64,000 bases of DNA. It comes from the human T2T-CHM13v2.0 reference genome, Homo sapiens. The stretch is taken from NCBI RefSeq assembly GCF_009914755.1, contig NC_060938.1; one strand, written 5' to 3'. Below the pieces are notes generated by a model. It had not been told where the DNA came from, made no database searches, and saw only the letters and a list, made by a program, of their open reading frames with translations. Position numbers and translations under genes: made by a program. Positions 38,650-57,134 of this stretch are shown here, one piece after another. Position 1 is the first letter of the stretch. Every line of letters starts with the position of its first letter.

Positions 38650-41489
38650 CTAGTGACAACCATAGGGAATATGTGGCCTTTATGAAATCATTTTTTATTT
38701 CATTTTTCTTTATTTCCAAGTTTGGGGTCAGTGTAAATAGATAAAATATTACTTTAATGCTTTCTTCTTAAAAGATTTAAAATTCTATACAAGCATCTTA
38801 ATTTTTAAAACTAAAACACAAAGTATCCTTTCAACAGACTATGTTACCATTTATTTAATAAAAATCACCCATAATAGTCTATATATGATAATCACTTTTC
38901 ATATTGTCTTTATAAATAGATGATTTACATTCATTTCTTAGGTTACCAAATTTATTGCTATAATTACATAAGCAAAAGTCTCATTTATGAGTATTTAAGA
39001 TAATGAGTCAGCAAAAGCTCCACTGAAGGACATTGAAGGGTTTTCTAGTCGCAGCAATGTAGTAGTACATTCTTTCAGGGGAAAGTATATACTTAACCAA
39101 TTTCAAGAAATGAAGCAATTCAAAGGTCTTCTCTGAAGCTCACAACTACAGACCTTTTGTTTCCTTTCTATGTCCCTATACGCATACGGAATAACTTAAA
39201 ATTTGAAGCAATTTAACAATATGCATCTCAGAATATTCTTTTAAGTGACTTTTAACAGTAATCATCCTTCCTTATCTTCATAAGCCAATTTGTGATTTAC
39301 AGAAGATATATAAATATGAATTATAATACATATATTTATATATTGTTAGTATAATTGATTGACACACATAAAATCTCATTTAATGTTCACAATAATCAGG
39401 ACAGATATCTCCAACTTACATGTATGGAAATGGAAGCAACTGTGCAAAGACATATAGCAAACACAGAGAACAGTAAAAGTCTTGTCAAAAACAATTTTTT
39501 ATCATTATACCACATACCTCCTAAGAATGTAATATTAGGCCAGATAGCAAATTTAACACATTTAAGAAAATCGCATATGTTTCAGTTGATTGTGGAAAAA
39601 TTATTTTCATGTAACTTTGATGTTTCTTTAAAAAGCATTGTCTTAATACCATTAACATTTCTCCAAGATTTATTCCAAATCTGTCATAAAAAGAAATGAT
39701 TGACCCTTCTTGCAGAGAACAGACCACCACAGGAGATGGTTAATAACTATGTGGGCTATTAGTAAGATTTTTTAGGACAAGTTTTCAGATCAACAAAAGT
39801 ACTTGATAAAATTGCCATTAAAAGTAAGTTCAATTTGTAATTGCAGCTTTTATACCACTGTACAGTTACGCACATTTGATAATACTTCCTCCTACCCTAC
39901 AATTACTGAGGAGAAAATACACTATTTCAAGAAAAGGTCTTTTAAAAAAAGAAATCATAGGAATTGACATCTTATGATGTAAAGTAATAATTGGGTTTCT
40001 TCTCTAGGTGATTAACTCTACACAATTATCTCTCTACTTTTAAACTGCAAAAATTTGCAAAAGGCCATATAACATGCTTAATCCAAAGTCAACATAGTGA
40101 AGGCCTGATTCTGTTTATACAACATGTTTTCACATTAAAATATCACAAATCAAGTCAAAGGATGAGAGTATATTTTTCAGAAAAATCTAAAAATATTCAT
40201 TCTTCAGAGACCTTAGGAAGAGAGAATGAATGGCAAAGTAGATGTTGTCCAGCTTGTCGTTCATTCATTCTCTGTCTCATCATGCAAATGGAATACTAAT
40301 TTACTTAACTAGCTATTCCCATAAAGTAGCATCTGCACAGCTGAGGAATCTAACTTCTGAAGAACCCTGAAAACAGATATATCTGAAAATTTTATATAAC
40401 AACTGCAATTATTCTCAAATATATTGCAATTTATTTCTAGTTTTTAAATTTTGAGGCCATGCAAAAAACAGTTAAGATGATGACGATTCATTCATCCTCA
40501 GCATAGGTTTATGCTAAATTTAGGATCACTATAGCAATCCTAGTTATGTCAATAGTATAACCTTTTAATTTCCACAATTACAGAAATATAAAACTGCCAT
40601 AACAAATTTTTATTAAAGTGCAATTACATTTTATATGTACATAATAAATAGAGATTTGCTGACTTGTCTCCACTCCCCCTCAATACCACCATTTTTGACA
40701 GTAATTTGTACTTTTAAATTTTTGCTATGAGAAAAATGGCACTTGAAATTCTTCTATCTATCCTTTATGTATTAATAGGAATTCACTTTTGCAAAGCTTG
40801 ATTTGATATCACATGTCCCAGCTGGGAAAACAGTTTGCACCAAACATGTGATACCAACTCAAGCTAAGAAACTCAGAAGTGTGACCAGTGGTGGAATGCA
40901 TAGCTAATCAGAGTCATGTAAAGGTAAGGGGAGCAGCATTGCAATGGACATGCAGCATGGTAACGAATCAGAGATTGCTTACGAGATGAGAGCAAGAAAA
41001 TTAATGTCTCTTACATTAATTTCTGACATGTAACAAAGTTGTCAACTTTGAGACCTAATATAGATTAATGCATTAGACAAAATTAAGCAGTAACTTTATG
41101 TCATATTTTTTAAAAATATAGAGTTTATAGAATGATCCATTTTTTAATCATAAGCCTACAAATTCAACTGAAGACAAGGCCTGCATTTGTTGAAATTTCA
41201 AGGACTGAATTATTTAAATCAGTGAATAATCAATGAATATCATATCACTGACTACATGCACTATATCAAATAAATGTAGAGGTAGGATAAAGAATTTTGA
41301 CTGTTTAACTTGGTGGGAGAAGTAATATAGGAGAGTAGACTATAGTCGGAAAAACAACAGAAATTTAAGCGTATATGTAATCTATTATTTAAAAGTATTA
41401 TATTATTATTAATATTAAAATGTATTAATTTTTTATAGTTTTAGGATGCTAAGATAATAGAAAAATGGCAATTTAAAAACTGTACATAT

Positions 41490-41782
<293 letters not shown>

Positions 41783-42583
41783 TTAGGTGTACAATTCAGT
41801 GGTATTAATTAAATTCAAATGTTGTACATATACTCTCACTATCTCTTTCCAAAAGTTTTTCATTATCACAAACTGTAACTCTAACCATTAAGAAATAAAT
41901 TTCCATCCCTTCCTTCCTATATCCCCCAGTTACCTCTAATCTACTTTTTGTCTCTATGTCAAAATTCTAGATATTTCGTATAAATGGAATCACACAATAT
42001 CTGCCTGGTGTCTGGCTTATTTTACTTAGGATAATATTTTCAAGATGCACTGATGTAGCATATCTCAAAAATTCATTCCCTTATTACAGCGTAACAATAT
42101 TCCATTGCATGTTACATACCATATTTTATTTATCCATTTACCTGTTGGTGGACACGTGGGTTGTTTACACCTTTTGGCTATTGTGAATACTGCTGCAATG
42201 AACACTGGTAGCATCTGCTTCAGTGCTTGTTCTCAATTATTCTGTGTACAAACCTAGGAGTGGAATTGTTGACTAATATGGTAATTCTAGCCTTTTGAGG
42301 AACAGATAAACTGTCCCAAGCCGCGGCACCATTTTACATCCCCAACAACAGTGTAAAAGGGTTCCAATTTCTGTAAGTCTTAGCCAACATTTATTATTAT
42401 TTTTTAGTAATAGCCATCCTAATAGGTGTGAAGAGCTATCTTGGAGTTTCGATTTGCACTTTACTAATGACTAATAATGTCGAACATTTTTGCACGTGCT
42501 TACTGTTCATTTGTATATTTTCTTTAGAGAAATATCTGTTCACATCATTTGCACACTTTTCAAATGGTGTCTTTTTGTGTGTA

Positions 42584-43182
<599 letters not shown>

Positions 43183-44572
43183 GGGGTTTTATTCGTTGAG
43201 TTTTAGGAGTTGTTTATATATTCTGGATATTAAAGTTATTGTATAAATTATTTTCAAACATTTTCTCTCATTCTGTAGGTTGTCTTTGTTAATGTCCTTT
43301 GGTAATGGACGTTAATAATGTCCTTTGATGCACAGAAGTTTTAAAATTTTGATGAAGTCCAATTTATTTTTTGTTCCCATTTTTGTTACTGAATAATCCA
43401 TTCCCAAATCCAAGGTCATGGAGAACTATTTCTACATTTCCTTCTACAGTTTTATGGTTTTAGCTCTTATATTTAGGTTGTTGATCTATTTTGAATTAAT
43501 TTTGATATTTTAATATGATATGAGGAGGGTTCTAACTCCACTCTTGCATGTGGAAATCCAGGTGTCCCAACAACACTTGTTGAAGAGATTGTTCTCTTCC
43601 CATTGAATGAACTTGATACCCTTGTCAAAAATCAATTGGCTATAGTTATGTGGAATTATTTCTAGACTCCATTAATTATTGTCTTTCCTAATGACAGTAC
43701 CAGACTCTTTTGGTTACTGTATCTTTACAGTAAGTTTTGAAGTCAGGAAGTGTGAATCCTCAACTCTGTAATTTTTCAATATTGTTTTATCTATTCTAGG
43801 AACCTTGCAATTCCGTATGCATTTTCAGAATCAGGCTTCCCATTTCTGTAAAAAAAAAAAAACATTTAGAATTTTGATAGCAATTAAGTCGAGTCTGTAT
43901 ACTTTGGGTAGTACTGATATTTTAACAACATTAAGTGTACTCACCCATTAAATGGGATGCCTTTCCTTAGGTCTTCAGTTTTGTACCTCCTTGGTTAAAT
44001 TTATTTGCAGGCATTTTACTATTTTAGATGCTACTGTAAACGAAATTTATTTCTTAATTTCCTTTTTGGACTGTTCACTGTGGTGTATAGGAACTGATTT
44101 TTGTTTGTTCTAAAACTTTGCTTAATTTATTAGCTCTAGTGGCTTGCTTGATTCTCTGGAGTTTTGTATATACAGGAAGATGTCATCCGCAAATAGAGAT
44201 AGTGGTACTTCTTCCTTTCCAATTTGGATACCATTTTTGTTTTCTTGTCCAATTATTCTGGCTACAAGTACCAGAAAAATGTTTAATAACAGTGGTGAAA
44301 GCAGGCATCCATGTCTTGTTTCTTATCATGGGAAAAGCTTTCAGTCTTCACTATTGAGTGTGATGTTAGCTGCGGCTTTTCCATAAATTCCTTTTACCAT
44401 TTTAACAAAAAATGTGTAATGTTTTATCACGAAAAAAATTACAAACCTATCATTAATACACTGTGGTAATCTATATTTTTCCTGGTAATCTATATTTTTC
44501 CAGCGCATTAAAGCTATCCTATGACTATAATGCTGAGAACAAATAACAAAACACTTAGTTAAAATAAATAGC

Positions 44573-44852
44573 GGCTGGGCACGGTGGTTCACGCCTGTAA
44601 TCCCAACACTTGGGAGGCCGAGGTAGGCAGATCACTTGAAGTCAGGAGTTCAAGACCAGCCTGGCCAACATGGTGAAACCCCATCTCTACTAAACATTAT
44701 AAAAATTAGCCAGGCATGGGGGTGTGCACCTGTAATCCCAGTTACTCGAGAGGTGGAGGTTTCAGTGAGCTGGGATTGTGCCACTGCACTCCAGCCTGGG
44801 CTACAGAGTGAGGCTCTGTCTCAAAAAAAAAATTAAAATTAAAATTAAAAAT
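44573..44852 (+). mobile_element. AluS with right-arm deletion
   Basis: ggctgggcacggtgg...; lacks the ctgaggcaggagaatc segment; taaatagc flanks. Confidence 0.9.
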
Positions 44853-46479
44853 AAGTAAATAGCTTCAGCATACCACAACATATTTAGAAAAAAAATGTGA
44901 CTTTGGGTATGAAGGCAAAGCTCAGAAATTCTGCTCAGAAATTCTGCAACTCAACTCATTTGCTAAAAATTATTTTTGTATGCCCTGATGTGAAACACAA
45001 TGGAGTATCTTATTACCTATTTTTTCAACATTAATTATTATAGAATTATAAATTAAAGAATATCAGAATATCTTAAGAGTTATAGGGGCTAATAGTGACA
45101 TGTGAAAATAGATAATACATCTGTCAGACACCTGTTTGAGTACAGGTCAAAATAGGTAACTACAATTCAGGTAAGTTTCTGTGACACTATGAACAAAATC
45201 TGACTTAGCCATTACAAACAGTTTTAAAAATACAAGTCTCAGAATATTACAGATCTATGTTTCCATAATGTATTTCTGTTAATTCCAATTCTTCTTTCAT
45301 ATAAGTCTCTCTCCTATCCTTGTCTCTTTTATTCTGAATTATTAAAATGCTATAGATAAGGCCTGACAACTGGCAGAATCCCAGAGTAGATATTACCTGG
45401 ATGTAACAGAGTGTGATCCCTGTCAGGTATATTCATGCACTATCACAGGAATACACAATCATCCACAGTGTCAAACCCAGTCTTCCTCTGGACTGTCTTC
45501 TGACTTCTAATACACTTGAAGACAGATCCTTGGACTCCTGGTCACTCACTAGCCTCTAATCCAAGTGAGGACAGATGACTGGCTCTCTGTCACCATCTGG
45601 CCTTTCCTTTAGAGGGGAATCTCTGAGTCTTTGGTTTCCTGTATACTCTCCCTGCAGTTTTTGATCTCCTGCCCCTACTCATTAATCTGCCCCCTGTGAA
45701 CAAGTTCTTGGGTATCCTTCAGTTAGTTCATTTGAGCCAACTCTTCCCCTAACCTTTAGTGACTTCAGTATTTCACTACCCCTGCTCCTCCCCCATCAAA
45801 ACTCACCACATAATTACAAGGAGCAGAAAAGAAAGGTCAGTGGTATCATACCCTTAAAATAACAAGCTGGATTATAACTCTAACTGCCCATCTTCCTCTA
45901 AGAGACTGCTATTCCTCATATTTCTACATATCGAAGTTACCAGAAGTCTGTTTCTTCAGCCATCATCAGACTCTTATCCTCATAGTAATCCATATATCTC
46001 TGAATCTCACCCAATTCTGTATCCTTCCCTGTCCCTCTAAATTTCTTCATAGTGCTCTTGGTTACCTCAAGTTTGAGCATATGCCTCATATCCAAAACCT
46101 CTTTTATGAATGTTTCTTTTAGCTTTGTCTCTTAGGCAAAATTAGACTGTGTCCTTAGCTCTTTATGTCCTATGGAGCAGGTAGGGAAGCTGTTGTCTTT
46201 CTCTTCTCTCTCAAATCCCAGGTTTTGGGGGAGGGGCATGAAATTTTGGCTATTTTCCTTGGTCCACTTTGCCACTTCTTTGTTAAAGTTGTCATAGCCT
46301 TTCCTCTTTTCTTCAAAGTGTTTGGAAGCAAAGGCTGAACAGATGTATAGGTGTAGAGGCAGACATTAAATCAGTTTTCAGTCAATAAGGCAAAATGACA
46401 GAGATACTGGTAAACTGTAGCCATGAGGAAAAATATCAAGTGCTATAGTATTATGGCATTTTACCTTTCCTTTTCATGT

Positions 46480-47345
46480 AGTGACTTCCATTAACCACTT
46501 CCTCCTTATGGAAATAGTTTCCTCTTCTGGCTTCTGTGTTGCTACTCTCTTCCCAGGATGATGTTCATTTAGTCCCCATGGTTGTAAATACCATAAAATA
46601 TAATCTGACTTCATTCTCTCTCTCTCTTTCTCTCTCTACCAACACCTCCCTAGTCGGAGACACTATTTGCTCTAAACATGTTCATTACAATGGTCTGCTA
46701 ATTACTGTCCATCTTGGTTCACTATTTGCTCCACTACAATCCACTCCTCTCTCAGAATAATAGTTTGAACCTGTAAATATTATGTAATTTACCTGTTTAA
46801 AAACTTAACGGCTTCTCATCTCATATTAAGAGTTAAGTCTAAACCCTTTACTATGGCTTTCAAAACCCATCAAGATCTGACCTCTGCTGAGCTCTCGTCA
46901 GTCCCCATCTCATATTACTCTTTCTCTCTTTTTCTTCACTCCAGGGAGTTAGGTCTTTTTTAGTTCCTGGGACATGCCACACTTATTCTCTCTTAGGCCT
47001 TTTTTTTCCCACTGATCTCCATCCTGGGAACACTGTTCCACTGGCTTTTCCCATAGCAGCCCCTTTCTCATCATAAAAGACTTAGCTCAATAATACCTTA
47101 TCAGAGAAGACTTTCTTAACAGCCATAAACAGCCTCTTTCAAATCACTATCACTTTATGCTTCTTTATGACCCTTACAATTTTCTGAAATTCTTGTTTGT
47201 TGTAATTTGCTTACTTCATTGTTTGCCTCTCTCTGGTGGAACAAAAGGTCCAAATGAACAGGAACTTGGACTGTTTTGTTCACATGTGTATCCCCAGCCT
47301 ACTACTTAGCAAGTTGTTAACAAATAACTATTCATTTAATGAAAT
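46480..47345 (+). mobile_element. L2 fragments
   Basis: Pyrimidine-rich L2 body (cttctcatctca...aaacccttta ctatggc) to degenerate 3' end. Confidence 0.6.
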
Positions 47346-47387
47346 AAAACTATGACCTTGGATGAGCCCTATTATAACAAGCTTTTT

Positions 47388-49384
<1,997 letters not shown>

Positions 49385-49958
49385 TGATTAGACCTTTCTA
49401 TTTACTAAGGATTATCACATAATGCTCCCTTACTGAAATGTATTAATGAATATACCTACCATACATTTCTATTCCAAAAGATTCTGTCTATCCATCCTTT
49501 TAGAAACACCCAAGGACTGAGGATCAGCTCAATGCCTCCTTATTCAATTATCTTCTGACTATATTTTCTATCACATACCCAAATCCAGAGAATAATTATG
49601 CATGGAAAAAGATTCAAATGAACTGATTTCCTGAACTAGTCAAGTAAGGAGTACAAATCAAACTTCCTAATTAAACTTAGTCACCGTAATAAAAAAATAT
49701 TAAATCTGACCACAAACTGAGGCTTTCTTAGAATACTGCTGCATATCAAACCCAGACATACCAGGAATGGCATCTACTAGAATGCTAGTAACTATATACT
49801 GTTAAGAAAAGAAATAAATATCTTTATCAATTAAATTATCAGACCAAATTATACTACCTTATACTAGAACTGTTACTATATTGATCATGACTTTTTAATG
49901 TAGAAATTCTGAAATACATGATGCTGAATAAAAATTCTACTAATAGATTAAAAAATAA

Positions 49959-50256
<298 letters not shown>

Positions 50257-50749
50257 TGTTAATATGGGATATTTCTAAGTAAATTAAAAAACATATTAAT
50301 TATTTACTGAGTATTAATCCTTATATCATTTATCTACTCAGTAAATCTCTAATAAGCCCGTTATTTTATAAACATCTATAATCAACTGACAAGAATATTC
50401 AGAAAATGCCATATTACCATAATATTAAAATAATTATATTTAGAGTAAAACTATTTCTAGTCTTTTCCTACTGTTAAGCCATGATTACAGACATTTGTAT
50501 ATGTAGTATCAGGTGTAATATATTACCTAACTTACCTATCACAGAAACAAACAAACACAACCCAATTTGACATTAAAAGTGAATTTGTCTGACTACTTCA
50601 CAAAGAGTCTTATTTCTGAGGAAGACCTACAAAAGTGTACTGAAGCATTGGTTCTGAGAATATTAAAGAACATTTTCTTTGATTGATTGGAAAGGAATTA
50701 ACATTTTGAAAATTTACCTCCAGTCTCCTTATAAACATTTTAAAGCAGA

Positions 50750-51222
50750 TTTAAAAGGAAGGCATCCTGCCATTTGCCACAACTTGGGTGGAATTGGAGA
50801 ATATTATGCTAAGTGAAATAAGCCAGCCACAGGAAGGCAAATACTGCATATTCTTACTTAGATATGTAGAATCTACCAAAAAAAGAAAGGTCAAATATAT
50901 AGAGATAGAGAATAAAACAGTAGTTTCCAGGGTGGGAGTACATGAGGGCAAATGATACAAAGTAGCAAATATGTAGGATGAACTATCTAATGTGCTACAT
51001 AAAACTATAGCTAATAATAGTGTATTGTTTTCAGGACTTTTGCTAAATGAGATTACAGCTGCTCTTGCCACAGGGGGCGAAATGAGTAACTATGAGAAAT
51101 GACAGATATGTTAATTTGCTCTATTATAGTAACCATTTCACTGTTTAAAAACCTTTATATATGTCTCATAACATTATGTCGTATACCTTAACTATACATA
51201 GTAAAATTTATTTAAATAAACA
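50750..51222 (+). mobile_element. L1MA-type 3' end
   Basis: atcctgccatttgccacaac...attatgctaagtgaaataagccag...tatagtaaccatttcact. Confidence 0.85.
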
Positions 51223-51899
51223 CAAATAAGGGTAAGAAAAAATAAAATTAGAGACCAACAGTCTAAAAGTATACATAAAACAATGTGAATTTGTATGATG
51301 CAGCAAATTGGTTTTCCTTCTGTGTCTAATACTTAATAATGCAGGGAGGTATCCATATTGAAAAGAAACTTTTATGCTATAGGCTACTGTTCTTTATGTG
51401 TAATTCAAGGAAAACAGGAAAGTGATATAGAAACTCTATGGGTAACATCAGTGTGTAGCCTGTAAAAAATTTTACAAGGACTTTGACCACTCAGTCTGGA
51501 GAAAATATATATGGACTTTAAGCACTTCCACATTTCTCTGATATGGAAGAGAGGGACACAACTAATCTATCCAACCTTGTTGGGAATTTACTCTCTTATG
51601 GCAATTTAGGTAGGGCTTTCTTTCCATTGTAGTGTTATATGGCTATGGCATGAAAAAACAAACTCAATCTGTGTGACTTATAAAGTGTTTTGTACATAGC
51701 AGAAAGCCTTCTTATTAGCCACAGTCAATTCCAGCGTGGTCTCAAAGTCCAGACTTAGAGTTCTTAAAGCCGTGATGTTTGTTAATACTATAAATACTAT
51801 AAAACTTCTCCTAACACATATTATCAGTGTCTTCCTGGCTAGTTTCCTAGTAATTACACTGGTTTTCATTTATGTCTATCCAAGTTTTTTACACTTTTC

Positions 51900-52228
51900 T
51901 TAGGTGTTCTGATTGCACATTCATCCTTTTACCTCGCTAACTCCCATTTATCTTTCCAATCTTTGGCCAGTTATCAGTTTACCAGAGAAGTGTTACCTGG
52001 TTTCCACAGTCTAGATTATGTGTTCTTTCTGTGTACCCACTATGCTATACTGTCCCATAACAGCAATTATTGCCTGTTCACTAGCCTGTAGAGCTCACAA
52101 GAATGTGAGCTGTTTACATATTCATATTCTTATCTTTACACTCACAGCAGCCTAGCACACATGTGCATATGTGTCAAATACTTACTAAATATTTGTGATT
52201 TAGTAACAGATTAAATGAAAGAATAAAT
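51900..52228 (+). mobile_element. L2 3' fragment
   Basis: ctagcctgtagagctcacaag...cctagcaca...taaatatttgt...aaatgaaagaat. Confidence 0.5.
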
Positions 52229-54999
52229 AGATGGCAGGAAAAGCTTACTGCTCGGCTTACTGAGTGGGTCACACTTAACCAGAGTTCTAAATCACAAAAG
52301 CTCTTGAGGTAAGGGGCCATCCCAGGAAAAGAGAACTACATGTGTAAAGGTCACTTTAAAACATATTTAAAAGAAGAGTATCCTACCTCCCAGGAGAAAA
52401 AAAAAAGAGAAACAAAAAGGATTGTCAGAACTATGATGTCTCTTTTAAGAAGAGTGTAGCTGAGTAAAAAGTTCAAGGGGAATATGAAAAGAAATGGAGA
52501 TACACAGGCAATACACAGTATGCAGAAGAAAAACAGATAAAAGTTGGAAAAATATGATCATATTCATAAAATTCTGAACTTATCACTTCAAGAAAATTTA
52601 GAAATTGCAGAAAGTATTGTTTACAGTAAGAAATATAATTGTGTTATATAATCATTTTGTTTTAAGATAAGTTGAAGATACAAGATTTTTTAAAGTATTA
52701 AAGCTCCCAAATATTTGCCTAACAGTTCTCTAAGTATGTTCTATACAATATTTGTCATATAATATGATGTATGAAAAAAAGATATCTCTGGTCAAATACT
52801 TTTGAGGGAAAAAAAGTGCATTTATGTCCTCAGCTCTAAATGATTCACAGTGCTCATCAGCAGATTAAAAAATAAAGTGCTACAATAAACATATTTAGTT
52901 TTTTATCAACAAACTTATGTATGCCACATTTTTGCATGTCAAACCTCTTAATACCCTTACCAAGTATTATTTTATAGAGCATCTTCTCCAAAACTAAAAC
53001 ATCACAAATCAAATGTACTTGAGGTACTCACTTCATAATTTTACGAAGGTAGCAATTCAGTGCTATTTGTAGAACTAAACAAGATGTTAAAAAGAAAAAG
53101 AAGATAAAATATCACCTTAAGGTTAGGCAGGATCCTTATTACTTGAGATTTTGACATTGCTAAGATAATATCATTCTTAGTTTACTAGTACATCAGGGGC
53201 CACAGAAGATAAAGGGAACATAGTGGCATACAGTTGCATAGGTGCTAGGGAAGACGAGTTAGATGTGGATTCGACTGCATATGAACACATATACAAACTC
53301 ATCTTCAAATATATGTGTGCAACAAGCAAAATTAATAGCTGGTATACAGACAAGCTATTATTTCTTTTTAAGGAAAAAAATCACTGGAAGTGTGTTTATT
53401 TGAAGCAATCAACAGATTTGTTTTGAATGTTGGCAATACATATGAAGTATAAAGAAATAATATATTATTTTATCTTCTCATTAATACATCTATAAAGGTA
53501 ATTTAAAAATTGTTATATTATTTGAAAAAAACACAGGCATTATTGGTAAGGAATCAAGGTATTGTCCTTTTTGTTTTGAAAGTTCCGCTTTGGCAAACTT
53601 CCAGGAAGACTGAAATTATATTTGGTACAAAAGATTTTAAACATTAATAACTATTTTGAGGAGAAAAAAATTTACTATGCTCTTCTAAGACTTTTCAGCT
53701 ATTAAAATAATCAATCATAAATCAAAGTGCCCATTTACTATGAATCAAAGTATTCTACTATTCTTTTCTCAAGTTTCTCATTTATGGAAATAAAGATAAG
53801 GAATAAACTAATATGTCTGAGGATTTTCTATCATTAAGTGCTACAAGAGAAATAGTTTCAGCAAGGACTATGTATAAATACTTCAGATTAAACAAAATGA
53901 GAAATTTAAAATAATCACATTAGCAACTAAGAGAAACAGAATCAACTAAACAAATCCATTTCTTAAATACCGCAGATAAAAATGAATTGTTTGGGATATT
54001 ATTGAAACTGTAAGAGGAACTAACTAGTTCCTTCTTTTTTTTCTCAGCTCTCATCATTTTATTTTCTTTACAGACCCTGATGTTGGACTGAATTTTATTT
54101 GCTTTACTAATCATGGATATTATATGGATCATGTTCTGTCTTAGAACATGAGCCTTTCTATATTTGTAAGTTTCTTGCTAACATGTCATGCAATGTAAAA
54201 CCTATGGGACTTTGGGATCTTAATTTAAGCCTGTGGTGCTAAAGATGCAGCTGTTCTTTTGCAATTAATTCCAGCTATTAAAGCCATAGTAAATTTAAAA
54301 ATATAAATCCATTTTTTACTGTTTTTCATTGTATTTAAATATACAACAGTTAGAATTAAATAGTATTAGCATTTTCGTTAACTTGCTAAGACTATATTTT
54401 AAAGAGAAGGCAGATACTTAGGATACAGCTTTCATGAAAAATGTAAATCTAATTACAGGTTATGCATATAACTGAGTTTCAACATAACATGTTTCCAGAA
54501 AAAAAAAAAAAAGCCTACTTATAGTTAACTATATTGCAGAAACTGGAGAGTTAACGATGTGCTAGTTCACTTTTAAAAATTCACTTGGCAGCAAAGTTCA
54601 AACATAAACAATTGGATTTTGTAAATAAAATATTTTGACAATTATAATTTTTCCTAAGTAAACTCAAAAAATAAAAATGTGCCATTGTTTTCTCACCTTA
54701 TTTGAAATATGATACATACAATGATAACACTAGTTTCATGTTTTTTGCTACAGTTCTCAAGATGACATTTTAGGATAAGATAAATCTTTTATTTCTACAT
54801 AAAGTGCTATGTTAAACAATGTTCTTCATAGTTGTTTTTTCTCCTAATTGAGGATCAATCAAGGATCATAAATCATATTTCTTTCAATGTCTGTTTGTTT
54901 TCCTTTAGTCTCCTACCAGCAATGTGTTAAGAGGATTCTTTTCCACATAGGTTCTCCACACAGCACTTAACAAACACATACTTTATAATTTCTGTAGAT

Positions 55000-55760
55000 C
55001 CAAAACAAAGGGAGAAAGCGACGATGAAACTGGGGAAACTTGCAACATATGTAATAAATGTTAGATTGAATCTAGTATTTATTCCTTAATATATGAAATG
55101 TTTTTAAAAATCCTTAAGAAAAAGGTAAACATCAACCCCAAAAGAAAATGAGCTAGGTATATGAACAATTTCACTGAATCTCACGCACACACCCACATGC
55201 ACACATACCCTGGCACAATCACACCAAAGGAAGAATGAAAGCCAAAGGAAGTGGAAGAAGGGAAAGGACTGGGAAAAGACTAATGTAATCATCCAATGCA
55301 AAAATATTCATTTTCAATTGTATTAAAAAATCAAACCAAACTTCCATCAAATATCACCATATAGCTCTGATTGGCAAATAATTATAAAAGTTTGGGATGG
55401 AAATGTAGGAATGGATACTCTAGTACAATTCTATTGGAATGGTAAGTTAGCATGCTCTTTCTAGAGGGCAACTTAGCAATTAAGTACCAAACGTTTTTTG
55501 ACCCAGTAATCATTTTTTTAAAAAAATTAAAATTCACAAGCAAACAATTAGAAAAGTATACAGTTGGAAATACTGAGTTATTCATAACTATTTTTTCTAA
55601 TAGCAAAAAATATAAAAATTAAACTTAGGGTTCAACATCCAGAGGTTAGCTAAATAAACTGATTCATCACGATAAACCAAAATTAAATTTATAACATAGC
55701 CCTTTACTTATCAGCATGGAAAGAGGTTCATGATGAATGAAATGAAAAAATTTACATAAC
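55000..55760 (+). mobile_element. Highly diverged L1M(E) fragment
   Basis: Residual ORF2-end motifs (aactggggaaacttgcaacatat, gggcaacttagcaat, tttgacccagtaat). Confidence 0.45.
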
Positions 55761-57134
55761 AGAACAACAGGCACAAACCGAAAAATGAAGTGCCCTGGTA
55801 TGTTTGGTGCTTCTTTAACAACATCTCTTAAATATTTGCTCAATGTTTAATAATGTAAAGAAAAGCTGATTTTTCTTTAATAAAATCATAAATCTCTCTT
55901 TATACTCAAAATATGACATTGTAAAACATGACATTTTCTGAATCAAAACTTCCTAGAAGGTATATATACCATTTAAAATTTAGATAAAAGTATAAGTCAT
56001 TCATAATTTATAAATAGCACCCTATCAAGTACCATTCGCTTGTAGAATTTCAACTGGCTTTTCTGATGTCAAGTAAAAACCAATGAGCCACATGGTCCAC
56101 AACACAGCCTACAACTTTACTATGTAGCGTACATCTGGACACCATAAAATTATTCAACAGATGGTTTTTCCCATGAAATGTATACTTAACGTGTCTATTT
56201 CAGCAATGGGACCACTTTGTATTTTCAATATACACACTTTTAATATGTAAATATAGAAACCTCAATTAATCAAATTTCCAATATATTTAGCATATTAAAA
56301 GTACATGTAGCTCAAGAGAGTAAAGGTATTTCAACATCCTTATCTCTTCCCTTTTTGTCTCAAAACCTGAGAAAGCTATCTCATTAGAACAAAACCTATA
56401 AAAACATTCCTAAATAAGAAAGATGGGTGTTCTGCTAAAGCAGGTAGTCCTCTGTTATATGAGCCTCCCTTTTGATCTAGAGAGCACCTATATTATGCTT
56501 TTGTAAAATCTTACCTATGCTATACATTATTTATTGAATTATTTCACTTCCCTTCAGGTCAGTGACCTTGTATGACTTTTTACTGTGATATCTTCAGTGC
56601 TTTGAAGTATGCCCAATACACAGTAGGTGTCCAATACGTAACTGCTGAATGAACAAACGACAGTAAGTTAAAAAAAAAAAAATGGCACCAAACTCACAGA
56701 AAACAAGCTAGTTCATGCTCTTACAAAATATAACTGAGAGAGGGTTTCTAGAGGAAGAGATAGGGTGGTTCTTTGAAATGTGTGTACAAAGGGAAAAGGG
56801 AATTAATTTTTTGCACTCTCTCTTCCTTAACTTGTGCTAAGTAAGCAGAGGGCATGGGCCTTTGATCTCAGGTGGTGGCAGTGACGGCAGAAATTTTGTC
56901 TTGAGAGTCTAGGGGTAGCTAGCTAGCCATACTCAGGTAAAACAGATGAGTTAAAAGCATACCAGAGAGAGGCCTGTAGTAAATCACATTCAGATAGGTA
57001 AAAAATGAGCTCAAATATAAAAATAAACACAGAACCAAAACATTATTACATATGTAAAGGAAGCAACATGAATGCTGCACAATGTTTACCTATTTATAAT
57101 TTTTGAATGAGCTCAACGGTAAATTGAAGATGGC

